A stretch of 64,000 bases of DNA from Orbicella franksi (lineage: Eukaryota): assembly GCA_964199315.1 (NCBI GenBank), contig OZ116699.1, positions 19,530,001 to 19,594,000 of the forward strand. The letters run 5' to 3'. Every line of letters starts with the position of its first letter. Positions within the stretch are counted from its first letter, which is position 1. Below are positions 35,701 to 48,342 of the stretch, piece by piece. The notes beneath the pieces are model-generated. The model made no database searches, had not been told where the DNA came from, and was given only the letters and a program-made list of their open reading frames with translations. The translations under genes were made by a program, and so were the position numbers.

Positions 35701-37108
35701 ACCGGGTCAATCTCGAGGGACTAGATTTATTTTTACTTCTAGGTCAAAAGAAAGACAATTCAAACATAAGATCTTATCAACCAGTTGTGTAATCAGGATG
35801 TGTGTGAAATCCACAATTGTTGAAGAAGTCTTGAAGACGGTATACCGGCAAAGTCAGAGAGGATGTACGTGTCCGGCGATATCAAACAAGTCAGCATACT
35901 CTGCCTAAACGTGCTGCTTTTTTGTCGCCAAGCGCAATCAAAAGTTATTTATATGGTTGATAATTTGTTGCAAAAAGACCTCGAATTCATAGCCGATTTG
36001 GCTATTTACCGATTTTTATAAACTTTGAATTGATGTAATTAGTACAAATCCAAAGTGCCGAAGGATCTGTCAGTTTCGTCCGTGTTTTTCTCCACCATAT
36101 CAACTAGTCATATCGCTTAATTTTTGGAAAATGTTTCTGCAAAAATAGTCATGCTGAAAGTCTTGCCTCAGAAATAGAACAGTTTGTGTGTGAGTCCTTC
36201 CCCAGAGAAAAAACCCAACTGCGACGAATTTCATCGAAAAATGTACAAGCAATCTGATACTTAAACTCAAAAAATATGTTACTCTTCACTTTGGAGATGT
36301 AACATGCACCAAACAACTCTTGCTGTATGACTCTAAACGCTTAGCGACGATGAATGAATAAAGCAGACTCAATAAAACTCTAATGAAACGGACAAGGCGT
36401 GTGAGCGATTAAAACTTACAAAAAATGCCTGAACCACTTTTGCCTTATTTCTACAGTGAACGAGAAAGAATTTTACGGGCCAAGAACGTTCTGATTTAGG
36501 GAAATAACAGCGTCAATAGAAGAGTTGATCGCATTTTTACTGACACTCAATTACATCAAGATTTTACCCATGATAAGTGCGGTTACTATTTGAGAACAGT
36601 ACGTAACCAAATATTTTCCAACAGACCTTTGTCTCAGGCGATGCCGCTGCACTGGAGTCCTAGCTTTAGCTTCATAAACATGAGCCTGATCCCACATCAC
36701 AATAAGATCTTCACCGTTAGAGAATTTGCCTTCCTACATGACGAATTAAATTTTTAGAAATGAGCAATTTCCAGAGAAACGAACATCTTCGGGCGATAAT
36801 TGAAACATGCATACCAGAAACCTGTATTTCAGTGAAATGGGAACTACATGTGAAACGTTAATCAATCATGGTTTTACCTCTATAAGTTTGTAAACCGTTT
36901 GCACGTCTCTATTGTGCCAGGCAAGCGCAATTTTTGCGCGAGTAATCTCTTCATTATCCTGGTATGCTCGAGTGTGAGGGAGACGAACAAGTAGACTCTC
37001 GACTTCAGCGAATTTGTTGCAACGAATAAGACTGGTCACCCGCGTGCTAACAGCTGTAACATTGTCCAGAATGGATAAAAGTCGCTCCCGATTCCGGGCA
37101 CGCTTCAT
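32772..37108 (-). CDS. Homeobox protein with N-terminal SIX-type domain and TALE-type homeodomain (ANHX-like)
   Basis: Exons (minus) 36878-37108, 36627-36733, 34971-35142, 34043-34227, 32772-33048; phases consistent; about 323 aa. SIX-domain-like LVRLP...NEEITRAKIALAWH...VYKLIE...MWDQAH...TPVQRHRLRQRF. Homeodomain KKRGIPKETCNALQAWFKEHIDNPYPNATERLMLAEQHGLTLGQLKNWFANARRRLR. Exon structure after the homeodomain is less certain. Confidence 0.85.
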
Positions 37109-37323
37109 GATTTGAAAGCAGCTGTTTCGTAGATTTAGTAAATATTGACTACTTTGCTGACACGATAGGTATTGGCGCCAGCCGGTCTACCATTTTGTGC
37201 AATAAGCCTAAAGTTGGGCCGTGAGAATGACGACTTTCTATTGGCTGACTTGTAAAACCCAGTTTGCATGGTGTCCATCATACCGTTGATTCATTTCTGC
37301 CCAGGGGCTACTCGCCTAATTTT

Positions 37324-37487
37324 GGGTGCGTTCCTTTGGGGTGATCTGGTCAGGATCATTCGTATCATGCATCAAAGGAGCAGAGGGTTCCGCGACCAGA
37401 GTGGATTCGTCGGTTCTTTTGATAAACCATGATCAGAATGATCTTGGTTTTCTGATCCTGATCCAGAGCACCCCAAAGGAACGCACC
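37324..37487. mobile_element. Fold-back MITE-like element upstream of the homeobox gene
   Basis: GGTGCGTTCCTTTGGGGTGATCTGG ... CCAGAGCACCCCAAAGGAACGCACC inverted arms with imperfect inner symmetry. Confidence 0.7.
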
Positions 37488-37886
37488 TTTCGTCTTCGTC
37501 TGGCCATGCATAAACGATTTTGTCTTCTTTTGAAGGCAAAAATACCTTTTCTACCCGGCGTTGTGAGAATTTGCTTCTGGGTTGCTCGTTTAAGTGAGTT
37601 TTGTTCCCGCAAAATTTTCTTTTTGACATTTCCCCAAACCGAGAACCCTCCCTCTCTCCTCCGCCACCATGACTTTTCTAATGGCTCAACCCTAAAAAGT
37701 AGTTTGCTCCCTACAACATGCCCCCTCCTTCAGGCCAGAATGCGCACATTATATCCATTTTGAGACGAAGATGTTGAAAATCTATCGATATTGTCCTGAC
37801 ATTCCCCATCAACTGAGAATTCCCTTTGCCCGAGTCTCTGCCTGGCGGACAGAGGTTTTCGTGTCTCAGTGACTCCAACAAGCCTC

Positions 37887-37983
37887 GAGGGAGGGAGGGA
37901 GGGGGGAGGTAGGTAGGTAGGGAGGGAGGGAGGGAGGGAGGGAGGGAGGGAGGGAGGGAGGGAGGGAGGGAGGGAGGGAGGGA
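37887..37983. repeat. (GGGA)n microsatellite
   Basis: Long GGGA array with a few GGTA units; source of the spurious PPSL ORFs. Confidence 0.95.
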
Positions 37984-38566
37984 AGCGTAAAGTAAGAAAA
38001 GTCAAACACAAAAGCGAAACCAATCTTTACAGGCGTTGTGGCATGGGACACATGCAAACATTAACGCGGCCATGATACAGCTAGCTAGCAGCGGCAAACT
38101 AGGAATTTCAAACATTCTATAATTGATGTTACTTTGATGAAAACGTACGCCACTACCTTATGGCCAAAACCACTACACTTCTGTAATCACATGACACCGG
38201 TCACGTGTTGTTCGTCTTTACACGAAGTTTTCTATACAAGCAAACAGCATTGATGATCAGCATTTGATTATATTTATTTATTTATGATAGAGAGAAATAC
38301 AACCACTGGCAATTTTTGAGCCATTATAAATATAACTGTGATTAGTATCTTCCTAGGAAATAAATTACAATGCTGACGACTGAAGAAAACTACACGAGTG
38401 CCACACCCAGCAATTTCCTGAAATAATTTCGATAATTACATAGCTCGACTTTTCTTGCAACTTGCAACGAAAAACTTGCAGGTTTCAAGCAAACAAACGT
38501 TTGTTGTGTTGCAAGCGGCAAGAAAAAAAATGCTTCGCGTAACATGTCCTTAACACACTGTCTCTG

Positions 38567-41500
38567 TTAAGCTTTCTTCTTGCTCGTCCTTAATGATAAA
38601 GAGGCGCCGGTAAAGAGTCTTGCTAAACCGAATATAGGGAGCAAGAAGATAATGAACGCCATCATAATCACATAATGACTTATGCTTGTTCCGATATCGA
38701 GCCAGCTGCCGCTATCTTGTACCAGATAAAAGAAGTGCAGCCCCATTAGATCCGTCATGACAAGCACTATCAACACAAGGCTTTGAACTGGTATCGATAA
38801 AACCACGTGTATAGCGTCGAACGCGCACGCTACAATCACAAAGGGAATAAGGACTTTACAGAGTAGCAGACTGCCCATGACAAATGGCGAAAATACTGTT
38901 AAAAAACAGTAAACGGAGGCAGGGTCAAAACTGTTAATGCTTGCAATGTTACCCGTTCCAAAGAACGCCACAACAATGAAGAAGACAAAGAAATAAGCGC
39001 AGCGAAGGTCTTCCAAAGTGAGCTTTCTAATGAGCTGTGTATCGATGCCTTTAGTTAGAACCTTCCATGCCGGTTGGTGGGTCTTTGTGGCATCATCACT
39101 GCTTAGTTGTGTTTCTAATAATGTGTTAAGAGTTTTGCCAGAAAGTTTATGTTCGGACAGCAGCCACGCCCCCATCAGCAGCGAGAGGACTAACAGAAAC
39201 AAGCCTTCGTAAGCAGTGCTCATCAATAGATATACTGAGGAAAACGCGATGGCGATGCTTGACAATCTGATGGTCAAATTGCTGGAGTTGATCAGGGGAA
39301 GCAAAAACGACGAGAGGAAAATCGTCCAACTTCCAAGTTGGTTCAGCACTGGAAGACCAAGTTTTCGCTGCAGACTTGACGCTGTGCTGTTAACAATGTA
39401 AACCGCAAAGCCTATAAGAAGCGCTTGAGATAGAAGTATTTGAAAAGATTTGGTTATTTCCGTCTTGAGTAGCTGTGAAATGTTACTGGCATAAACCAAC
39501 AGAGAGGCAAAAGCGGCCAAAGTTAAAACTCCTGCCAGGGTTACTAAGAAGTAGTTGGCCTCGCGTCCGACCACAGGAAGAACAGGAAACACAGAGAGAG
39601 CAAAGCTAAGGATCGTCCAACACATCATTGACCACCTACAGTTGGAGTACAGCGGGGTGGCAAATGGCCACAACGCAAGGCACACAAGACCAACGGAGAG
39701 AATCTCTCGCCTGAAGAAGCTCATCACTAGAATCTCTAACGAAAACGTACCAAACAAGACTGTAAACAACACTCTACGTCGCAACTGTTTTACACGGATA
39801 TAATCCAATGCAGCATAAATCACGTGCAGTCGCTTTCCAATGCGGTTCCAAAACACCAACGGCATCAAACAGTAACTATAATACATCCACGGCGCCTTCT
39901 GAATCAACAACAAAAGAATGACAAGAAGAGCGAAGACACAAGATGTGCTGTCTACTAATGAGATTTTTATCAACGGATGGCAGTCTTCCTTGTTGAGTTT
40001 GGACGCCTCCTTCATGACGTCGCTATGCTCGTCGATAATCTGAAGCACAATGCAAAATATCCATCCCAAAAAGCCAAGAGTGACCACTACATTCAAAAAC
40101 ACTCTGTCGTAGTTCTGGTAGTAATTGAGTCCTTGCAACGCAAGCTTTATGAGATCTCTGCTGAGCGTAACAGCTTCATTGTACTTCCTGGCTCGCATGA
40201 ACTCTTTTATGTCTCGAATCATTCCCGTTTTCTTTGCACCTATAAAAGAAAAAAAATCGGACAAATTGTTTTAAAGTGAAGCCTTTCTCCTCCTTCAAGG
40301 GGACATGGAAAGGACAACTCTATTAAGGCGACACTTCACATTGTCCCTGGGGCATCCGCTTATGGAGGTGACAATGTATTTATGACTATTGTAAGTAGCT
40401 CATTACAATCTTTCTGGAGAAAGAGGAAGGGTCTATAGGAAGAGAGTCAAACACACTTGCTTTTTTCTCTCCCCAGCCTCCGCAGGCTCTACATTTTTCT
40501 CTCCCCAATCTTCCTACACTTTATCTTGAAAGCATGCTGGTAAGAGAATATTAAAAAGCCTCTCCCCTGTGTATCTACTACCATATGGACAAATATTGGG
40601 AGCACTTCCTTGTGCTTCTCTCTGTAAAGGTAAGAGCTTTCCCATAGTGTTCCTAAAACTCGCAAATATAAACTAGAGTGCAAGCATTCAAGTACCTGCT
40701 AACAAAGTAAAAGGCCAAAACCACAGAGATGTTTCTTTTCTGAACAATTCTTTGACATTGTACTGAGCAAGAATTTGTTGTGAATTCATAAAGAGGTTTT
40801 CTGCAATGTACTGTTCAGTGTTGTTCAGATATTCCACTGGTAAAATGCCTACAGAGTTCAGAGGGAATGGTACACCTAAGGAACAAACAAGTTATGTTAG
40901 TTAGAAAGATCAGAGTGTTAACATAAAGAAATAGAAAGTCAACTTAAAAACTTATTTTAAACTTATCATGCCTGGGCTTTGCGTGGTGGGGGGAGGGGAA
41001 GTGACCCACCCTTTAGTAAAGCTCTTGCATTGAAAATTATATTGTACAGAAAATATCCTAAAATATTTATTTTAGCAGCTGTCACATGTCAATTACTATG
41101 ACATCATATTGCCCAAAATGATGTCTCACATTTGCTACCTTAAAACATGATTGTCATGGAAACTCAATTCATGCAAGAAAAAATTGACATGCTTAAATCT
41201 TCCCCAATGACTTTTAGGAAAATGAAGTTTCATTTTTACTGCTTGAATACATTATATTACAAAGTTTGAAATCAGTGCAATTTCTATCACACCCTAGCAG
41301 TAGGCAGAGTAGGGTTAAAAAGCAAATTAAACAATTTAGGGTAAAACCTTGTGCTGTTATCCTGCCTATCTCAGCCTAGTTGTATAGCTTTAAATCGCTT
41401 GCCTTTTCATTTTTTCCCTATTTTCCACAAAAGGTAATGCTCACGTCAGGCCAAGTGGTCCATAAAATTAGAGCTTATCCCAGTTTCTGTAACATTAAGT

Positions 41501-44500
41501 CACTAAGAGTATTTCTATTCCCCACTGGATAAGATGCCAGAGTCTATTGCAGGGTTAACCCTCAGCATGAAAATGTCCAGTACCCATTTATACACTTGGA
41601 TAGAGAGAGGCACTGTGAGAGTAAAATTAATCACCCAAAAACACAACCCCAGCCAGGGCTCAAACCTAGACTGCTCAATCCAGAGTCCAGCATGTGAACC
41701 ATTAGGCCACCAAACCTCCCATGCTTTCTTCTAACCCCATAGAAAAAACTCCGGATAAGAAGGACACTTCCTATGATCTAAACTGTAATATAATATTATG
41801 CTATTTTCTGGCTCACACAAACCCACCAATCAAGGAAGTCATCAGTGGTGCAATGTCAGCTTGATTGACATCTGTTCTTCTTAGCCAAGCAAGGTTCCAT
41901 TCTCTTGTTTCATCTGGAATATCAGCACCATGAATGGGTATCATGGGTCCACGTATACCAGCTCCCCAAGCTACTAATGGCGTTAGAGTCTCATGAGCAT
42001 GCCCTGCACCATGTGACCCCCAGTTGGTCATACCATGATCAGCTGTCATTACATATGCTGTTTGACCATCATGGTCATAAAATTCTTCAAGTAATTCCTC
42101 CATTTCTTTTATTCCCTCATCAACCACAGCAATATTCCTGACATATTCTTGTGATGTAGGTCTGTGGGCATGACCATTGGTGTCAATTCCTGGTTAATGA
42201 AAAAGGAAATACAGCTCACTTTTATTTTCAGAGCTATGTCATCCCATTTTAAGTGGACCTCACTTAAGGTGGCCGAACACAGTTTTCAAGAGCCTATGCC
42301 CAATTCACCATTACTTTTAAGCTATTTATGCTTTGGCGCCCGTTTTTTGCAAGCGTCAAGGTTAACCACAGAAGGGTTTATTATCGCATTTTGGCTAAGG
42401 TGTGTGCTGTTGCCATGGCAACGGGGCTGGTTAAAAACAAGGCTTAAAAAATGGTTTTTGTTTATTTAAAAAAAATTCAGTCGTTAGATTTTTTTCATCA
42501 TTTGCCCACTACGAATTGACATTAAATCCCTTCTGTCAACACTGTTCTAATAAAATTCTGACATAGGCGATTTTCGTAATTCGCCGTTAACCGTTTTCAC
42601 TGCATGTTCTGTATTATTAAAAATTCCCTATGTCAAAATTCAAATTTTTTGCGATAAATCATTCACGTGGTTTCTGAACTATTGTTTTGCCAAATTTCTT
42701 GAAATTCTAACGACTGGATCGTTAGAAATCAGCATGTTTCTGCAAAAGCAATCGGTCTCAATTTTTCGAGCAACTGCGCATGCGCTGCATTTAACTGGGT
42801 TCTTTCGGTAACAAAGAAAAAGCTGAGAATTGCTGGGTTTTTTACGTCATTACCTTTTCTAACGTATCTTTGTAATAAAAGACTAAAGCCATCAATATAC
42901 TGCGTTCAATAATAGAGAAAAATAGCGCAGATAGTGCGGGTGCTGAGTAAATAAAATGATCGCTCTGTTGACGGCATGTTTGTTTTTGCAATCCTTGTGC
43001 GCACGCTGAATTGCATCAGCAAAAGCGCGCGCGAAAACTGTGTTCGGCCACCTTAATCACTGGTTTTAAAACCAAATTCCACTTTTAAATAACCATGTCC
43101 AAGTTATAGAAAACATAAGAAATACTTATTACAACAGAAAGCAAAACAAGAATATAGAGTGAGTTTGATTACAACTGAACATAAGTGCAATCTGCAAGGT
43201 GACTGAAATTTTTATCAAAACATGTTTTGCATTTAAAGCATATTATATAAATTATGCTCACAGATTACTTAAACAGTTACCATTGCTGTAATCATTGCTG
43301 CTGTTTCGTTAGTCATTATTGTGATGGCCAACGTGTGAACAAAATTAAGTAGGTGCACAAGATGTCACCAAAATGGGTGTGACCCTGTCCCTTGGATCAA
43401 CTGGCATGTTGAATGATCAACTTGATTCAGTTCTTATAAATATCCCTTTGCATTAAGTATCATATGTCTGGATTTATGAAAATCGACATAAATGAACATT
43501 TAAACCCTTTTTAAGTGCTTTTTTCTTCCTTGTTCCCAAAACCTTTCTCTAAAAATAGGCCATATACATATGAGAACCTTGAGAACCCTGATAAAGCCAC
43601 CAACAAACAAATGACAACAAAACACAGTAAGCTACTGCTATCAAAAGTTGAACCGGACATATTCAATGGTCAACAATGACACCTCCAAATACATGTAACA
43701 TTTGTTTTGAAAAACAAAATGAAAAACAAAATAAATGCTCTCCTTAAAATGAATTGAATTGTCAATGAAGATGCTTTCTGGATTTTGACCTGTTGCACAA
43801 CCCAGTGTTAAGGAACGATATCATACCTAAAAGATGAAGAAAAAACACAATTTGCCCTTCATGAAGCATTCTCTTCAAAGTCTTATTTTTCCTTGCAGAA
43901 CCTAAGAATCCTCTGACTTCATTAAATACCCAAGTGTCAAGTTTAGAGGCATCTTCATTTCCAAAGTCTTCTTCCACATTCTTATACATAGAGGTAAAGA
44001 CATGGCTCCCGCTGGCTCCTTTGGCAAACATTGGCAGGATATCAGGGCTTCCCCATGCCCATGTGTAACGGCTTTCATTGAAGGTAGAGTCAAACTCTAC
44101 TGGGTTTTCTTTCCAACCTGGAAAGAGGAGACAATGTACTTGAAATGAGTTCAAAAAAACAAGGAACACAGTTTAAGTCAGAATAATTTGTCAGAACATA
44201 AGAACTATTTCTCGTTTAAAATAAAAATCACAACAAAATATTGCTGTAATATATGTATCTAACAGTCTGCTCAAGTTTATATCTTTGAAGTTCACAAATG
44301 TTAGAAGGGGAAGGAAAGAAGTTTATCCATGGAAACTCATAATCAAAGATTTTTTTCAACAGACAAAATGGACCATTAAGCGGGTAGGTTTATTAATTTA
44401 TGTTTGACTGTCAGTACTCTTTTTCCTTTGAATTATTCTTACATCACATTCCAGTTCAAACATTCCTGCCCTTTTTATAACAGCATTTTTAGGCTTCTTT

Positions 44501-45715
44501 CAAAAAGGTTGATGATCAACTCCCTCACCTTATGTTGGTCACTCTTTTCATAGGTGATATCAAAAATATTAATTTCTGGTGACATTAGAACCCACTATTG
44601 AATGCTTGATGTCAAATCTGGGTGCTTCAATATTTAGTTCTGAGCAACTTTTTTTTTTTTTTTTTAACTGCCCAGAAATACAGGCAACCACAAAAATAAC
44701 AAGTTACTTTGATTATAGGCCCAAGACAAGTCATTGCAATCTTTTACCTTTAGCCTAACACAAATTAATGACTTTTCCTGTTGACACTTCATGTGAACTC
44801 TCTTCTGGATTTGTGATTTTATTGTAAAACATCTCATTGTTTTGATAAAATTGTGGACTCCTGAAAATAATTTTCACAGGTTGAAACCCACGGGTTTGTT
44901 AACTCTGCCTGAGCTTGACATTCTCAATACATTTGCTATTTTGCAAGTAACTTTTTTGTTATTTTTAAATTACAGTCTGTGAGCCACTCTTCCTTTAAGC
45001 ATTTGCATTTTAGATGTAATTTGTTATTTTCACGCAAGCTGGCTATCTTTTATTTTCATTGCTCTTTTATTTCACGTCACACGCATACATTTGTTAGTTC
45101 GTAAAATGAAAACTTTGTTCAATTTGTTATTTTAGTCACGTTAGCTAGCACGAAACCTTGTTATTTTCGTTATTTTTTGCGATTGATGTACAAATCATTT
45201 CTGGACATGATTGTCATTTTCGAGTTCTGGATGCTTCGTTTTCGTGTTCTGGGTACATCATGCCTAGGTCTTCCTTTTCGATTGCTTCGTTTTCGATACA
45301 ATGCCCAGCCCTACACTAGAGCCAATATGGATAGTTCGTTTTATAGCTTCCTTAACAAACCTTTCGCCACAGCGCTAACATCCTCATAAAATCCAGCGAT
45401 AAGAGCAACATGTCCAGGCCGAGATTCTGTAGGAACTCGTGTGTGTGACACGCCCCAGCTGCCTTTTTTCTCGATCAAACTTCTGAGATACGGCGCGCGA
45501 GTTTTTCCGTGTTGATCAAGTTCATAGAATTTGTCCGCTCTCAACCCGTCAGCAACAAACAGAACCAGCCTTTTTGCTGGAGGTTTGAGAGTTGATTTAT
45601 AAGGCGTCATACCATGAACAAGAGGAGAAGTAAAATAAATATCGAAAATAGAGGCTAGATAGATAATATGAACTAATATTCCAAGCACTAACAAAGACAA
45701 CTTCGCGGCCGCCAT
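38567..45715 (-). CDS. PIGN: GPI ethanolamine phosphate transferase 1
   Basis: Exons complement(45361-45715, 43827-44117, 41827-42189, 40696-40875, 38567-40239) = 2862 nt, 953 aa. Motifs [49 protein letters not shown]; multi-TM C-terminal half; terminal KKKA dilysine ER-retrieval signal. Confidence 0.96.
41449..41720 (-). mobile_element. tRNA-derived SINE in PIGN intron
   Basis: On the minus strand the head carries an A-box (TGGCCTAATGG) and a degenerate B-box (GGTTTGAGCCC), followed by a body typical of cnidarian SINEs (recognition from memory). Confidence 0.7.
42268..43052. mobile_element. Non-autonomous DNA transposon, Kolobok-like (TTAA TSD, GG...CC ends)
   Basis: Perfect 20-bp TIR GGTGGCCGAACACAGTTTTC; TTAA at 42264-42267 and 43053-43056; no transposase ORF. 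Confidence 0.85.
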
Positions 45716-46152
45716 ATTGAATTACAAGTGCAGCGGCTGGTCAAACAAGTTCTAACAGGAGGCTCAGAAGAATCCCGAGAGAGATTGGGTCGAGGAGGAA
45801 TTTCGCGAAATCAAGAACCGCCAAGAACCGCGTGGATTATGTCGGCTCCTAAAACGAGATCATTCTACAAAAATCTAGGAGTATCTAGAGTTGTGTAAAA
45901 TCGACAAAATGTTCAAGAATACGAATTTTAGAATATTCTAGATATTTCTTACCCAAAATAAAAGCATTTTCATTGGCACATTCCGATGAGAATGAAGTCA
46001 GCACTTTTCTATTTTTGGAAACGTGATGTGAGGTACTTTTAAAACTGGGGTATATATACAGGCCAGTTTCACGACGCAGGCAAATTTTGCCGAAACTAAA
46101 AGTTTACTGAGCAAGAAGAAATACGAGAGGATTTTCTCAGAAGCTACCGAAG
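45716..46152. promoter_or_regulatory. Shared PIGN/HSP70 divergent promoter with heat-shock elements and TATA box
   Basis: Inverted nGAAn arrays gTTCaaGAAt (45911-45920) and aGAAtaTTCtaGAta (45930-45944); TATATATA at 46051-46058, about 100 bp before the HSP70 ATG. Confidence 0.7.
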
Positions 46153-48054
46153 ATGTCAGTCAAGACAGCTCCAGCGATCGGAATCGATCTTGGAACGACA
46201 TATTCCTGTGTTGGAGTCTTTCAACATGGTAAAGTTGAAATCATCGCCAACGATCAAGGTAACAGAACAACTCCTAGCTATGTTGCTTTTTCTGAAACGG
46301 AACGTTTGATCGGCGACGCAGCCAAGAACCAAGCAACATTGAATCCAAGCAACACTGTCTTTGACGCCAAGAGACTAATCGGAAGGAAGTTTGACGACCC
46401 TGATGTTCAAGCGGACAGAAGTAATTGGCCTTTCCAAGTCATCAACGAGGCCGGGAAACCTAAAATCCGAGTAGAGACCAAGGAGGGGTGGAAAATTTTT
46501 ACTCCAGAAGAAATCAGCTCCATGGTTCTGACGAAAATGAAAGAGATAGCTGAAGCTTACTTGGGCGAGACAGTGACGGATGCAGTCATCACAGTGCCAG
46601 CATATTTCAACGATTCACAGCGACAGGCCACTAAAGACGCTGGACTAATAGCGGGGCTGAATGTCAAGAGAATCATCAATGAACCCACGGCTGCCGCTGT
46701 CGCGTACGGATTGGAAAAGAACCTCAGCGGGGAAAAGAACGTCCTGATTTTCGACCTCGGTGGAGGAACGTTTGACGTCTCTGTACTGACAATAGACGAA
46801 GGATCGTTCTTTGAGGTACAGTCCACAGCTGGCAACACACATCTCGGTGGAGAAGATTTCGACAATCGCGTTGTGGATCACTTCGTGGAAGAATTCAAGC
46901 GCAAGTTCAAGAAAGATCTCAAGGACAACCCAAGAGCCTTACGCCGCCTGAAAACCGCTTGTGAACGAGCCAAGAGAACCCTGTCGTCCAGTACTCAGGC
47001 CAATATCGAGATCGACTCACTGTCCGATGGTATTGATTTCTACTCCAGGATTACCCGTGCAAAATTTGAGGAACTCTGTCTGGATCTCTTCCGTTCATGT
47101 CTGGAACCAGTGAAACAGGCACTCACTGATTCACAGCTTGACAAATCCAAGATCCACGAGGTGGTTCTGGTTGGAGGTTCTACAAGAATCCCAAAGGTAC
47201 AGCAACTCCTTGAAGAATTCTTCAGTGACAAACAGTTGAGCAAGTCGATCAACCCAGACGAGGCGGTGGCATATGGTGCCGCAATCCAGGCCGCAATTTT
47301 ATCCGGTGACCGGAGTTCAGAAATCAAGGACGTCTTGTTGCTGGATGTTGCACCGCTAAGTCTCGGAATTGAAACCGCTGGTGGAGTGATGACCAACCTA
47401 ATTGAACGCAATGCCCGAATTCCAACCAACGCTTCAAAAGAGTTCTCAACCTACTCAGATAACCAAACAGCCGTCTCCATTCAGGTGTTTGAAGGAGAAC
47501 GAGTCTTGACCAAATACAACAATCAGCTGGGACGATTTGATCTGTCGGGAATCCCCCCTGCACCGCGCGGCGTGCCGAAGATCGAAGTCTCTTTCGATGT
47601 CGACACCAACGGGATCTTAAACGTGTCCGCCAAGGACCAGAGCACTGGAAAGAGCAACAATATCACCATCACCAACGACAAGGGAAGGCTGTCCAAAGCA
47701 GACATTGACCGCATGGTAGCTGATGCTAGGAAATACAAGGAAGAAGACGAGAGGCAACGAGAAACGATCGCCGCAAGAAACAGCTTGGAGAACTACGCCT
47801 TCAGCGTCAAACACGCAGTGGAAGATTCAAGCGCTGAGAGCAAGCTATGCTCCGCTGAGATAGACACGGCGAAGAGTAAGGCCATAGAGGTCATTGACTG
47901 GTTAGACAGGAATTCTCTGGCAGAGAAAGAAGAATATCAGGAAAAGGAGCAAGATATGCAAAGGGTATGTTCATCAATCATGTCCAAGTTACACGGACAG
48001 CAGCAGCAGAGGGAGAGCTCTTGGAATAGACACAGCACTGAAGAAATTGATTGA
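46153..48054 (+). CDS. HSP70: Heat shock protein 70, cytosolic, intronless inducible type
   Basis: Single 633-aa ORF with [20 protein letters not shown] and [12 protein letters not shown] signatures; extra Ser in IDEGSFFEV as in inducible invertebrate HSP70s; ends STEEID. Confidence 0.97.
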   Translation: MSVKTAPAIGIDLGTTYSCVGVFQHGKVEIIANDQGNRTTPSYVAFSETERLIGDAAKNQATLNPSNTVFDAKRLIGRKFDDPDVQADRSNWPFQVINEAGKPKIRVETKEGWKIFTPEEISSMVLTKMKEIAEAYLGETVTDAVITVPAYFNDSQRQATKDAGLIAGLNVKRIINEPTAAAVAYGLEKNLSGEKNVLIFDLGGGTFDVSVLTIDEGSFFEVQSTAGNTHLGGEDFDNRVVDHFVEEFKRKFKKDLKDNPRALRRLKTACERAKRTLSSSTQANIEIDSLSDGIDFYSRITRAKFEELCLDLFRSCLEPVKQALTDSQLDKSKIHEVVLVGGSTRIPKVQQLLEEFFSDKQLSKSINPDEAVAYGAAIQAAILSGDRSSEIKDVLLLDVAPLSLGIETAGGVMTNLIERNARIPTNASKEFSTYSDNQTAVSIQVFEGERVLTKYNNQLGRFDLSGIPPAPRGVPKIEVSFDVDTNGILNVSAKDQSTGKSNNITITNDKGRLSKADIDRMVADARKYKEEDERQRETIAARNSLENYAFSVKHAVEDSSAESKLCSAEIDTAKSKAIEVIDWLDRNSLAEKEEYQEKEQDMQRVCSSIMSKLHGQQQQRESSWNRHSTEEID

Positions 48055-48342
48055 TGCAAAAATTTGACTTTGACTAGCTTTTGAATCACAACTATGAGTA
48101 ACTAAGACAAAAAATAGTTTATATCTGAATTCTTTAAGGAAAATATTGACTCTGGATGAAGAGCACAGTCAACTTTGAAAATTTTTCCAGTAAAAATGTC
48201 AGCGACAATGTAAAATGAGAATCTTGTATCACATTTTGTAACTTTCATTGGATTTGCATAAATTTTCATCTGCAGTTAAAGTTCAGTCGTTTAAACCTGC
48301 ATATGTCAAGACTCCTAGAAGTGTAGGAGTGTTAAAGATTAA

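Noticed and set aside
39018-40279. Short ORFs overlapping the last PIGN exon
   Set aside because: Shadows of the PIGN frame.
41640-41720. tRNA gene
   Set aside because: A/B-box-like motifs belong to a SINE head; no cloverleaf, and a SINE body follows.
46557-47814. Minus-strand ORFs of 65-129 aa opposite HSP70
   Set aside because: Antisense shadow ORFs typical of HSP70 codon structure; no independent evidence.
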